From Phoronis australis (taxonomy: Eukaryota > Animalia > Phoronida), in NCBI GenBank assembly GCA_002633005.1, contig NMRA01000578.1:76927-140926 (forward strand): a stretch of DNA of 64,000 nucleotides, written 5' to 3'. The position numbers were made by a program, and so were the translations under genes. A model generated the notes under the pieces. It ran no database searches. It saw nothing but the letters and a program-made list of their open reading frames with translations, and was not told the origin of the DNA. Shown in pieces: positions 39,701-52,506 of this stretch (position 1 is its first letter; each line of letters begins with the position of its first letter).

Positions 39701-42505
39701 AAAATACCAAAGTCTGGAGCAACCTTGAAAATGCCAAACATGAAGGCTTTGGTAATTGAAACTAGTGGATCCATTTCATGGGAAGTGTTAAATCGTTAAT
39801 GATACTTTTTATTTCTCTTTAAATTATTTGCTTAATAGTGAGTTACTGAGTAACTACAGGTGACAAAACCAGTTTCGAAGAAAATACCAACAAAGGAATT
39901 TGTTCTCGTTTAAAGTTGTCAAAGTTGCTTAATCTATCGAAGTGCAGTCTCTATTAAAACCTGTCCAGTTCTTTTCACTCACTTGTTATGAAACTGTATC
40001 TTCTAGTACTTTTTGAGACGCCCTGACTCGGACGTTGAGTCTTTCTTGAAGTGGTTCACTTTCTTTCCTGATAAAGAAGTCGATCGCATCGTCAAACAAC
40101 ACAAGGTATGGTTTCGGTCTTACGCTGTTATTTGTGAGTAAGAAAAAACTTTGAAAATTACATAACAATTACTCTAGGATTGAATTATCTAGAACTTGGT
40201 CTGTCATCTGTGCCAGTGCTACTGTAGTAACACAATGCTTATGATATCAAAATGCCTGTGAAGACCATTGCTCCATGGGTCCAAAAGCCATTGGGTTGTT
40301 TTGGGTCTGTTTCTTTTGAAAATTGATGTGTTGGTGCAGTACTTTTAAATGGCCAATTTTCCACAAAAACACCTGATATTGTCAGAAGTGATGCGTTTGC
40401 GTGTGCCCATGTTGATCAGGTGGAGGGGGGGTAATGGATCGCGCGAGCCAATGGTTCATTGACGGCCTATCACAAGATGATTGCGAATGACTTGCCAGGA
40501 TGTGGCAGTCCAATCCTTGCTTGCATGTGTTTGTGTTGCTTTGTAAAAAAAGTTACAGACCTTGACTGAAACTGATGTGGGCGGGTCCTTTTTTCTTTAA
40601 ATAAGATTCATGTTTTGATATGGAAATCCATATCAATTATATGTTTGATGTGAAATATAGTTCTGTGTTATCTCATCATTCAGTAACTTGCGTATCTCTC
40701 AGCTGTTTTGTAACATGTGAAAGATAAAATACAGCTTTAGAATAATGGGTTCATATACAAGTTTATTTATGTAATGTTTTTAATGTATAACAGTCGGAGA
40801 ATTGGGACACGTTAAGTTTTGACAAATACAAGTAGAGCCATATGGATAATAGACATGATTGTTTTTAAGTAAAATAATGTAATCTCATTTTCGCTTTTTT
40901 TTTAATTTAATTTCACACTATATTGTAGTTGAATCCTGATTCAAGAGGTGGACAGAAGAAAATTGCTGAACAAGTAACATTGTTAATACATGGAGGTAAG
41001 TAAAAAGAGGGAAATTATTGTTCATGGTGCATACTTAGACCAATGTACCATTGTGGACCTTTACCTGTATCCGAATCTAAGCACAAGTGGCTAAATCTAA
41101 AGCACTTGTAAATAACACCAAGTAGAAAGTTATTATGAATGAACCCTGCTTGTTACATAATTTTAGTGGCTCACTTGTATTCAGTTTTGGCACACTGCTT
41201 ATGAAGCCTCTTAAAAATTTCTATAATATGGTACAGTTTCAATATTTGGGAGATCAAATTTCTATAATATGGAACAGTTTATTTATTTGGGAGATCAAAC
41301 TTGATTGTTACCTAAATTGATTTTTCGTATGGGACATGGGACAATATTTGTATCGTCATATTCCTTTCGTTAAATAAATGTAAACCCATTTCTTGGAAAT
41401 CAATAAATTTAAGTCCAATTTGAGGCCAGTGACTCTTATTCAAAGCTTGGCCAAAAGTTGCATTTGTTTGTAAAGTGTCTTCTAGAATGTACTAACAGCA
41501 AAATAATTCTCTTGAATCCTTGTAGAGGAGGGATTGAAACTTGCCCAGAAGTGTTCAGACATTTTGTTCAGTAATTCCATCGACGCATTATCTAGTGCCA
41601 CTGAGCAGGAATTGCTGGAGTTGTTCTACAGTGCGCCCACGTTCGAGACATTTCTGGACCCCGGAACGACTGTGCTGGATGCTGTTATGAAGACCAAGCA
41701 CTTCAATAGAGAGGGTAGACCAAATTCTCATATATTGAATTGTAGAGGAATTAAGATAATGCTTTTAATTTTTCGTGGAAAATGACAGAACCATGCCCCT
41801 CCATATTTTTCTGAAGGTCTTAATCGGGCCTTTTAATATCTGTTTGTTATTCAGCCTATAAGCTTCAGCTAATAACTACATCTATTGTTGAGCCTTGAAA
41901 CTATGCAGAGCGCCATACAGCAGACCTAAATGGTTTAATTAGAGCAGTTGAGTATTATTAACATAATTATATTACCTTTCAATGCATCTTTAAATTAGAA
42001 AACTGTATTTAATGGTAAAGTGGTTTGATTTCGGTTTGTTTGCCAATACCATCATTTTCACTATCGTCACTGTCATCACCTCTATCATCTTCACCGTCAC
42101 CATCAACTGAAGCGACACACCAGGGTTGAACAATTTTACCGTAGTAGGACTCGGTGGTACAGTTTTGTTTTTCCTCTAGTTGACGCAGACCGAGTTATCC
42201 GAGCGGGCGGCATCTACATCAACCAACAGAGGTCTCCCCAGCCAGAAGCTGTTTTAATACCTGGCCAACATATTCTTCCAAACGGAATCACAGTGCTACG
42301 AGTCGGTATGTAGTGAGGTGGTAAAGAGCCAAGGCAGGGACTTTTTTAAGGGTTGTGCATTAAATGTCTCTCTCACATACTTTTGAGACTTTTAATTAGT
42401 TTCAAAAAGTTTGCATTCTAACCTACAGCCAAATTCTTTTTTGTTTCAGGTAAAAAGAACTACAATATCATCAAATGGGTCAATGCCAAGAGAGTTGCCG
42501 TGTGA
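30739..42505 (+). CDS. YARS2: Mitochondrial tyrosine--tRNA ligase, 468 aa, 13 exons
   Basis: Exons 30739-30755, 33200-33319, 33832-33982, 34477-34652, 35299-35400, 36332-36446, 37445-37523 (GC donor), 38784-38893, 40007-40105, 40929-40995, 41526-41714, 42180-42305, 42450-42505. Total 1407 nt, in frame. Basic presequence [14 protein letters not shown]..., [15 protein letters not shown] (HIGH), [46 protein letters not shown] (KMSKS-like), and an S4-like end GGIYIN...LRVGKKNY. Confidence 0.93.
30925..31286. other. Assembly gap (362 N) in YARS2 intron 1
   Basis: Run of N. Confidence 0.99.
31904..32055. mobile_element. ~150-bp MITE with CAG...CTG ends and 5-bp TSD (hAT5-like), copy 1
   Basis: Ends cagtggtggat / atccacccctg, flanked by catga on both sides. 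Internal sequence is shared with 57124-57269 and 57394-57548. Confidence 0.8.
37077..37290. repeat. Direct repeat of a ~40-bp unit (ttttatcatcaggtgcgcc...caggttcaaa) spaced about 176 bp apart
   Basis: Copies at about 37077-37116 and 37253-37290, each followed by ..atatccctg. Probably transposon subterminal repeats. Confidence 0.6.
37950..38390. mobile_element. Internally deleted copy of the dispersed element at 58218-58960 (inverted)
   Basis: Collinear shared blocks: gcatgga..aaagctc.tcaaaaat, the hairpin aaactctg..cagagttt, cgacaaac..ctgacaagat, and a 28-bp identical block (38360-38387 vs 58272-58299). Confidence 0.7.
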
Positions 42506-42844
42506 AAATAAGTACGTTGACTCCTGCGGCACTTTCTGTGCCTATGCAGTCGGTGGATTCAAGAAAGGTTTCCTGCAGAATTGGCTCCCAACAACACCAG
42601 TGTGTTCTAGTACTAGTTACTCACAAGACAATTGCAGGAAGAAGTTGCGCCCAATACCAAAGATATGGATACCGTGTATTATGGGAGTTTACCTATCGTT
42701 CTCTTCCCTGATTCGACATTGCAGCGTTTGGTAGTCATCCAATCACTTTCAGTGACGACCGTCTTTCTATTGTGAGCTAACAATGGCAGCAAGATGTTGC
42801 GTTACATTTGTGTGATCTCACCCAGTTCAAGATATTTGTCTTAA

Positions 42845-45568
42845 AGGAGAATGCCACCCAAAACAGCCTATTTTGTATCAATTTAGATCAGTAGTTCCAC
42901 TCCATAACAGCAAGTCCAGTTGTTTTACCTGGCTCCTAACTGCAGAAGGAGGTATTGAAATTTACCAATGAGGGAATCAGTTCGAAGGCAGTCTGTCCAG
43001 CCCTTCACAACACGTTTACTGGTGTCAACTTATCGCTTGAATGCACCCTCTTACACCAATAAATCATCAAATTTCGATGTAAAACCCTAGTTCTTGAACA
43101 AACTGTTGTTTTATTTCACTGTCAGGGATTTATAGGTATTTGAACGTAGGGTAGCCTACAGAGTTTGGTAAAGGAGTGTAGACTCCTAGGTTCGGTAGGC
43201 CAATTGATCATGATCAACCGCGGGAGTTTGGGTCTTTTTTGGTGATAAATTCGAGTCATTCTTCGGTGAAATACAGACATGAAAGATAGCTGTGTGTTGT
43301 ACTTGTAGACTTGCGATTTTTTCCAGTTCTAAGCACCAAAACGCTTGTTATCCCAGCCAGTGCCTGTGAACCCGATCAGGCCCGTCGCGGCCGCCGGGAC
43401 TGGACATCACGAACATAAACCTGCCAAAGTTTTAAACTACAACTCCAGTCACGAACGGACTATATTAGTGAGCCAAAGAAATAATGTGGACGTAAATATT
43501 TTGGTAAATTAGCCACGAAACTGCAAATCTACTTACTTGTTGGGGCCGCGAAGTCATGTTGCCATTTTACAGAATCGTCAGGGCAAAAGTTGTACAGTTA
43601 CAATGATGTGAATAATGTATTTGTTTATCTAAATAAAGATTCCCCTAACATATGACCTCCTCCTCAAGTGCCCTGCCGGTAGGCGTTGGCGACCATGGTT
43701 CTCCATCTGTCTCTCTCGTTGCTTCAATGGTGACAGTATTTACCGGTGTTTGCAGCCACGTGGACATTCCATACTGTAGTTTTGTTCTTTGGCGCCCTCG
43801 ACTTCGCTTCCCGTCTAGTTTACCAGTTGTTACCAGGTGTTCTAGTCCACCTCTCCTCATTATATGACCAAAGAACTTTGCTCGTCTTCTTCTGATGTTG
43901 TTCAGTAGTGTTCGGTTTGTGTCTGCCTCACTCAGTACCTCTTCGTTTGTCTTTTTAACCGCCCATGGGATTCTTAGCATTCTTCTTAAGAACCACATCT
44001 CTGCTGCCACCAGGTGTTTTATGGATTGAGAGTTCATTGTCCATGTTTCACAGACATAATGTAGTGTTGGTTCTATATAGCATTGGTATATTCTTTTCCG
44101 TAAGTTGATGGGTACTTTGTTGAAAGGTGTTTTATACTTTGGATGGCTGAATTTGCTTGGCCTATTCTTGACTTGATTTCACTAACATTACAGCGTTCTG
44201 GCGTTCAGTAACTTTTCCAGACGTGAGGGGTGCTGAACGTGCGATAACATCTGGCTCTTTTGTTAACTGCCCAGCTCAGTCTTTTGTCCCGTATGATAAC
44301 AAGCAGGCCAATTATCTTCCACGCTTCAAAGGAAACGTATGGTGGGTGGTTGCACGCTATTACAGAACGCGTATGAACACAATCAAACCCAGTGCGTTGT
44401 AATCCGTTTGGACAGAATAGATTGTCTTAACTTCTGTTGTAGTTGGGCGATTTTGCTGATTCAAAAACGGAACATGATCAGCATTTGACGAGGAATTCAG
44501 AAATGCTATTGGTTTAAGCTCAAGTATGTTATAACTAAACTTTCATTTTTAGCAGCCCAGCCCAGTCAGGCTAGAGACGATCTGATCGGAGATTAGAGCA
44601 AATATCGAACAAAAGAGCGCAGGCCCTCCAACCATAAATGCCAGTCGAGTAAGATATTGGCTACGGGGGTAAATTTCCCACCTTCTTGTTGGGCTATAGA
44701 ATCGAACAAGCTGGGAGCAACGGGATGTCGGCGTCATGAAACATTTTCCATCTGCCGAGATCGTGGTTCCGAGGTATTTGAAGTTATCCACTTGTGTTAA
44801 TGCTTTCCCATTGACTGTGACATTGCATCGGGGGCATATTGCTTTTTTGTTATTACCATTGTTTCTGTTTTCTTGGCATTAAGATCTGACCAAAGTATAT
44901 AAAGTCGAGTTATTGATTCACAACGGCTTTATGTCATCAACACTGAATCGGCGTACGCTCACGCGGCCTCGGTGCCCGGTCGATTACCTTTGCACGTGAA
45001 CCCGGTAACGCAGTGGTTTATTCATTGCTGGCTTCTCAAAACATTTGCACTCACGAATACTCCAAAGGCATTACAAATTGTATCTAATGAGACGGCCTTG
45101 TTTCAGTTTTATATACATGCGCGCACCCAGCCTTCAATATGAGGGGCTCAAATTCTTGACGTCGTGGAGTTTTTGCTAACAAAATAGCGGACAGACTAAA
45201 GAAAAACAAAAAAGTGAAGTGCGCGTTTGCGCTTATTTGGTGGACTTTTGTACCATTTACTCGGACTTTTTGTCGCTCAGGGGCAGACCTTTTTTGCCCA
45301 CTTCACCAAATGAGGGGCTCGCATGATATAAGCATTGGAAGTCAAAAAATCGATATACCCGCTTTCCTCGGAGCTGCATAGTTCGGACAAGCGGGAACGA
45401 TGACATGCACTCTACAAATGAACCACTGACGTCGCTGCGTCGTTTCTCACCTTCCTTACAGGTTAACGCGACACCTCTCGGGAAGGTAAGGTCGACTGTA
45501 TGCGAGGCGATGTGGATAGACCGATTAAGACGGTAAAAAAGACTAATTAAATCGGGTGGCATCCTCCT
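42845..45568. mobile_element. Kolobok-like non-autonomous DNA transposon (TTAA target site) carrying nested insertions
   Basis: Left end ttaa|aggagaatgccaccc and right end gggtggcatcctcct|ttaa: 15-bp TIRs with 1 mismatch, AG termini and a TTAA duplication, as in Kolobok elements. Confidence 0.65.
43658..44886 (-). mobile_element. 5'-truncated RTE-clade LINE (RT C-terminal region), frameshifted and interrupted
   Basis: Pieces LNAKKTETMVI..., VDNFKYLGTTISADGKC, SEIKSRIG, YIEPTLHYVCETWT, AAEMWFLRRMLRIPW..KKTNEEVL, FFGHIMRRGGLEHLVTTGKLDGKRSRGRQR. Short (GAG)n tail and candidate TSD tgacc (43653-57 / 44887-91). Confidence 0.85.
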
Positions 45569-46559
45569 TTAAGTGAACCCCATCTGGTACTGCTACTTAA
45601 TTTCAGTACTCTATCTAGTCGTTCTTACAATAATAGCCTTAAGTAATTTCAGTGGCTGATGGCCTCTTTTCCAAGTCGTAAATTAGGTGTGCGAGATGTG
45701 TTAACATTCCTGTCTGTCAAACAGACCTAGACTTCCTGCACACTTATTTTAAACCACGCTGTTAGATGTTACCTTTACTAAAAATCTTGGGAAGGTATTT
45801 TTCCTTGTTAATATTTGTTCCCCCCGAGGTGCGTTACCTGGGGAAGAACGGAGAATGACAATTGCAGATTTATATTTGGACCCGTGAAGTAGAGATCCTT
45901 GGTTATTTTGGAAAGACATTTTTTCTGCTCAGTTATGGTTGCCTTGCCGCATATGGGCACACAACAAAATATGTCGTAAACACCCCGTAAAAGGACCTCG
46001 TCTGCTGCATTGGCTGTCATTGAGAAGACAGGCGCAATACGGCTCACCATTGAATGCGGTTTGTGGTACGAATTCTATTTTTTTATGTTTGCCTCTTTAG
46101 CTTTGAAGTCCCTAAGTGTATTTCCATGAAATGTGGCATATATGTGTCTGTTAGGGCCCACAAGAAGTCTTACCATCCTGAACTAGATTCACACATTCTG
46201 CGTTTTAAAGTGGCCATTTTATACTACTAATAATCACAAAATTGCGGTGTAGTTGTGGTCACATTTCAATGCCGTCTGGCTCTTTTTGCTAAATGTAAGA
46301 ACCGAAGTGTTTGGTTTGCCCTTTAGGCTATAGCTTTGGAGACCACAAAAGTTACCCAGACTTCTTGGCTTCTGGCCCACATACAAAGGTGCTAATCTGG
46401 CGTTACATACACAGTGTATGGATTGACAATAACGTCTTAGTTCTCTTCCAACATCAATTAACACCAATTCGAATCTAGTATTCTAAAAAATTGGGCATAC
46501 TTGTGATGTGTTGGCCTATGATAAATATGTGTGTTTATATTTTTTAAGTGATACATAAT

Positions 46560-47230
46560 TATTTATTGAAGAATACACAAGACATACAAAGAAATGATGA
46601 CAAACCCAGAAATCGCGAAGCATTATATCTGGGTTGTAAACAATTCATAAATGAAACTAATATACATAGAGGTATATATATTTAAGTAGTATCTAATATA
46701 AGTATCCCAATATTTAGATATGTTATTGCGAATATATAAAAACAAATACATGTACATTTTCGTGTATGGAAATCAGAAGCAGCAATATTGATAAACGGTA
46801 CATAAAAAATTGCTAACGTTGTTTAGGAGGAATTCATTGAGAACGACGTCAAAGTTAGGACTACCATTCAATAATAATGTTACTTTAGTAGGGATATTAT
46901 TACAAGAATTGAGAACATTAATAATTGATTGGTTTTCATTGAGTGCACGAAAAGGTGAGTCTCTCAGGTATTCGATGAGGGGACATTTGAAGAAAGTATG
47001 AGGATAAGATTGATGGTCACTACATTTACAGTTGGGAGAAACATTACTAAAGTTATGCCTAAACTTGAAAGAATTGAGGAAAAGACCACATCTTGATCTG
47101 TACAATGCTATTTCGTTATCGCGGGGAAGGGAGAATTGAGTTAAGGGTGCTGAGTTATCAAAATTGTGAAAAACAGTTCTAAAATTATTTTTATACTCGT
47201 AAAAGAGTTGCTTTGTGTTCATATTGAAAC
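46560..47230 (-). mobile_element. 3' end of a CR1/L2-type non-LTR retrotransposon
   Basis: ORF2 C-terminus LYRSRCGL.LN...F.HN...SPNCKC....HTFFKCP....R...LLLNG...LNEFLL..V.NFL, followed by a 3' stem-loop aacccaga/tctgggtt (46603-46635) and AATAAA on - near 46562-46567. Confidence 0.65.
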
Positions 47231-50200
47231 GACACACATGCGTCAATTTCCGGAATCGTTTTGCCCATACGATTTGTTGTGCCAAATCAAACCAATGAAA
47301 ACTTCGCGCCTTATTTTCCATGATTACTGGTGCCCAAAGTAATCCTTTGCTGGACACGTCAACAATGTAAAAGATTCTGATATATTCGACTACGAAGCAT
47401 GATGACAACTCGCTCACCTGTCGCACTCGTTTTGCGCCTAGTTTCACAAGGAACGTTCTTTAGTAAATGGACCGTTTTGCTTGGCTGAGTCAGTAGAGAG
47501 ACCAAGCACAGTGTTTTCTTCTTCTTAAAAATCATGCATGGAGAATAAATGAAATGATTAACAATGCGGGTCCGAAGAAACAGACAGGCGTCACCTTGGA
47601 CAAATCCGTAGACCGCATGCATCCATGGCCTAGCGAAAAAATAAAACGTGATGAAAAGAATATTGCACACTCTACTGAGATGTGTCGGTGCGTTTAAAGG
47701 CATTTTTGTCGGTAAACTTATGACCACACACTGTAACTTTGAAAAGAGCAACGTTTACTTCCTCGATTTGGATTCTTCGTCTATTATCTCCATGGTAACG
47801 TGCATCATCCGTTAAATATTCATCATTTAGTCTGACTCTGGTCGCTCGTGATCTCATCTTTCAGCAGCTCATACACAGGCTCCTCATCGAGATCTTGAAC
47901 AAAACGGAATTTTGTAAGCATGCAACATACACGCCTCACCTTATCTTAGTTACATCACAGACATTGAGTAATTTTTGTTGCACATGGCTGGTTTTGTCAA
48001 AGGTCGCGCGCCCAGTCGTAGCCAAACGTAACGTGATTTCGACAGCTTCCGCCCGAAATATCGTTTTCAGGACACCACGAGACTACGCACTTTTCGGGTT
48101 TTGGAACCAAGTAAGCTGTTGTGTTAGTGGTTTTTAAAAGTTATTCTAAAATTGGAAATGAATGATACAAATCCTTACATGTATCCATGTACATGCGTTG
48201 TTGACTCGTTCTCGTTTTATAACGTTTTCGTGTCAGTAACTGAACACTTTTGGGCCCAGGTCTAATCCTTTTACTCGTTTTCGAACTCCAAATTATTTTT
48301 AAGATGACATTTAGTCAAAAGGAACAACTGGAAATAATCTCGTGTACGTAGATTAGACCCAGGGAGCTGGAAATAATCCTATTAGGTTCTATGGTGCTTA
48401 AAGGATCATCCTCATTAACTACCCTATTCTGTATGTGTCAGTAAAAATTTCGGATACGACCGCATTAGCTACAACTGGGTATAACACCTTTGATAAAATT
48501 GATTTTTGTAATGAAGTGGTCAAGAATGTGATTTAGACAACCTACATTAAAGCCACTACACTTTGTTGCCATTTTTACTATAGAGTTTCGGTTTGGAAAA
48601 TATCCTGGGTAAAAATCCCACTATCCATGAAGCAAGTAACACCGTAGGGATACTACTTTGTGTTGCGTAGTCTACATGAACGGCACCAGAAACAGCTCCC
48701 ATACCGACAGGATTTCCGCAATCAAATCTTGTCGAATTTACACACAGTTGGCGTATATAACTAGGTAAATTTTGAGAGAATATACGTGGCACTGGCTGAA
48801 TTATCCAGGCAGACAACTTTCATAAGCAAATTTACTCCTAGGCGTGTATTTGGGTTAAGTTTTCAGTCCCTAAAATGCCAACTGCCGAATATTCGCCAGG
48901 CTTCTAGTTTTCGCAAGGCACTGAGACTGATATTCCCCAAGAGTAGAAAGTTGCACACTCGGAGTAGCCGGTCTTGCTTTCTCGTGACCATCATAGCAAT
49001 GTTTCCCCACGGGCTAAATGCTTTTCCCGTACTCCAGCCCTCAATCCACAATTCTCTTTATGCGGGTACTTTCTCTCTTTGAAAACGAGCAGCCCGTAAA
49101 AAGAAAATTAGTTCGTGAGGAAAGAAATGTAGTTCACGAGAGTGTTCGAAAATATTTATTATGTGCCGCGGGCAAAGAAGGTTATTCCTTTTTTGTGCGA
49201 GTACTTTTAATTTTCACTCTTTGGAAACAGTTTTTGTGGAAATAAAAATGGCTCAGGAGAAGGGGAATTTGTAAGCTAATATTCGCCTAGTGTGACAATG
49301 TAGTGCAATACGTAGTTAAAAAGAAATTTGTTCATTAAAAGCAGTGCTCCTGAAAACTTCAATGTGCTAGTGAGGAGAAGAAGAATTTGACCTCACAACC
49401 GGCACTTGTCATCACATGCTTGGAATGCCAATTCTTGCATGTGATTAGAGAGCATACGTCATCATCACGTTGAGAACTGTGTGAAACTTTATGGCAAGTA
49501 AGAGACTTAGGGCCCCCATTTTATCAATTGTGTAAAACGTGTAAAATTCTGAAGCAGAAAGAATGCCGCAAACTACCTAGCTCTCGCCTGTAAAAGGTTC
49601 CCCAGAACCTTCGCCGAGATAGGAAAATTCGACAAACTTCCCTTTTTGTTCCTTGGCATTCCTTACATCTTCGTAGAAGCGAACGACGAAGTTGTCCTGA
49701 AGGAATGAATTACGAATTTTAAGGGTTAAAAGCTTGAACACAGACTATGCGAGCACCCAGCCTAAAGATTGGGAGGCTCGAATTTTTGAGAACGCAATAC
49801 GACGTTCAGAGGTATGAATTGATTCGCTGAATTTTGGTAAAAGAAAGAAATACGTCGCACTTTTACTGGCAGGCAGGGCATGATGCCCATTCGTGCAACA
49901 AGTGACTTCCCGCAGTTGCTAAACGTTGCCCATGTCAAACCAAGCCATGAGCCTCTGACGAGTCACGGGAATTTGGCAACAATGCTTCTAGATTATTTCA
50001 ACCAGTCCTCGTTCTGTCACCTATAATAATGCATTATTGGCGTTAACTTTTGAAGTTAAAGACAGGTATCAACTACAACTCAATATACTCCCTATCTCTT
50101 AAATTTGACATTGTGGTCTATAGTGGGTGGGCCGCAGGGTGTCCAAAAAGTACTGACAGTCTGATTTGAATGCTTGCACGTGGAATTCGTAAGTCATAAA

Positions 50201-51708
50201 AGTGGCCCTTACTGATTAGTTTTGCGTTTGTGTACACAAACTAGTTAAAATGTCATTGCTGTGGATTTGGGAACGTGCACACATCCAAAGTGGATTTACT
50301 CTCTTGGGACACTAAGCCCTCGTTCTAATTATCGAATTAACTTTTGTTTACCATGCAAGTATTAGGCCTATAACCTTTATCATGCAAACGAGATAAGGCC
50401 GCTGAATGACAAATTCGTATGACTTGTGTGACAAGAATAACATATCCTTGTCTACATAATTAGAGAGCAATTTTCTAGAAAACAACGAACATTGTTTCCA
50501 ACGATACCAAATGCTAGATTTATTGTGTAAGCCATGTAACCTTTTAGGCTGGCATGTCCATATATTCAAGTACCGAATACAAAGAGAACTATTTATCTTT
50601 AATTTGGAACAAATTTAAATGCTATATAGGACCACAGAAAATGTCGGCTCACGGCAGAACATATCTCAGAACTTCCTGAATGCATTATATAAGAGCCAGC
50701 CCCGGAAATCGCTTTTGCATTATATCCAGGTTCCCATTCATTCCTTTGCTTACGTTCACTAGTAAGACCGAGCTCAGAGGAATAGGGGTGAACTTTTCAA
50801 GTGAAATTATATTTAACACAAATATGCCGGTTTCTACTACTATTTTAAGCTGTCTTATAAAAAGCAATATTCTACTCTTCTCATACCACACTTTATTCTT
50901 TTCATTAACACATTAAGGGACGTTCTTTGCTTGTTTTCACCAGTGACAAGTGGACATATTCTAAAAGTCATGAGAATAATATTTTTCAAGATAAGAAATT
51001 TCACTTCTTGGGAACGACACTAAAAGAATTCAAATATCGTTGCAAATCACTTTCATGGATACACTAAATTAAATTCTGTGGGAATTCAAACGAGTGTCAT
51101 TACTTTTGGGACACTTTGCGCGCGTGCCATAAACTTTGAGTCACTACGTCATACTCGACTAAGGCAGCAATCATAAAAACTTACCCAGACCTCGGAGAAA
51201 GCATGTGAGCACCCTTTTGGCGACGTCGGCAAAAGTAGAAATACAGACAAAAATCCAATAAAAAGAAAGGAACTACCAAAATTCGGCGCATGCAAAATTC
51301 ATAGCTCTGAACGTACCCCGTAAATCTTTGTAAAATGAGGTACACATTCTCAAAAATTCGAGCCCCCTCCCCATTTTTAGGCTGTGTGCGCGCATGCAAA
51401 GAAGTAACTATACGTCACATGATGTGACCAAAAGATGGCGTTTAAAAACACTAAAAATTCGTACTAAATGTATCAGCGTGCTGATTTATAACAGCACAAA
51501 AGAGACAAGAGAATATAACAGTTCTGATAGGAGCCATGTTCCATCTTTTTCGAAAAAACAAGCGGCATCTTGACAACTGAAAGCAGAGCTTAGCTTTCCT
51601 TACATGATGTCAGGTCTGCCAAAAACTATGAACAGACACAAAAACATTTCGAACGGGACTAATAAAATTCGCTGTTATCTTAGTGGAAACCAAAATAACA
51701 TAAGTAAC

Positions 51709-52044
51709 AGTATAAGAATCAATAAATCGGTTGGACTTGCGGTACGTGGAGATGGCTACGTTGCGTCCTCTTCTCTAGAGGAGAAAATTGGTTTCGGAGA
51801 GGGGTCAAAGAAGCTAACTACGAGAGAATTGAGAATCCTAGCCTCAATGGACAGGGGGGCTGCGGTTTCACTTACCTGAGACATGGGATAGGGCGCTGAA
51901 GAGAATCCCGCGGAAACTGTACGACAGATCACATGACAAGTCACGTGACAACTCAGTGGCCTGATAAAGTCCTCGAGAGGAGGACGCAACGTAGCCATCT
52001 CCGCGTACCGTAAGTCCAGTAATAGATTTATTGATTCTTATACT
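51709..52044. mobile_element. MITE with ~75-bp imperfect terminal inverted repeats
   Basis: agtataagaatcaataaatc...ggagatggctacgttgcgtcctc mirrors gaggacgcaacgtagccatctcc...gatttattgattcttatact. The mirrored ORFs 51604-51879(+) and 51868-52071(-) share SIRINKS..GL.VRGDGYVASSS. Confidence 0.8.
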
Positions 52045-52506
52045 ATGACCCAACTGGATGACTGAAAACATTCATCGTATTAACATAAGTAACAGATTAG
52101 CTATCCGCTAAACCCGCAAAAAGACTGTTGTGATTTAGGCCACGTACCTTTACTAGTTTCTTGCTAATTTTAGACGATTTCTGAGCTTTATTATTGCTTG
52201 AGGCAAAGCTCGACGCCTGAATTACCCGCCAGTTCCAGTCGTTGATCTCGAGCAATACCAAACTGTCCGTTCGTAGCCAGAAGTTATTTATAATCTGATT
52301 ACGTACAATTTTGAGACAAACGTGAAGTCCTCTAAATAAAAAAATACTTTTTGATAAAAGGTGGGTTTGTAGCCTGCACTTAACTTGAATATTGGACCTT
52401 ACTAGTGTGCCAACATGTAAGTTAACTTTGTTGTGATCTGCGCCACTCTTTGAAGTAAAGATCGATTTCTTAGCATATACAAAGCAGCATTGAATTTTTT
52501 TCTTAC

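Noticed and set aside
42411-42734. 107-aa ORF overlapping the last YARS2 exon and UTR
   Set aside because: Wrong phase for the upstream exon and no recognisable motifs. The YARS2 frame ends normally at 42505.
46773-47447. 224-aa intact gene
   Set aside because: A chance fusion of the LINE ORF2 C-terminus with unrelated flanking sequence, and it has no ATG start.
52097-52506. C-terminal half of the 234-aa lectin ORF
   Set aside because: It lies past a consensus donor (G|GTAAGA at 52507) and has no protein-like features, so it is intron read-through.
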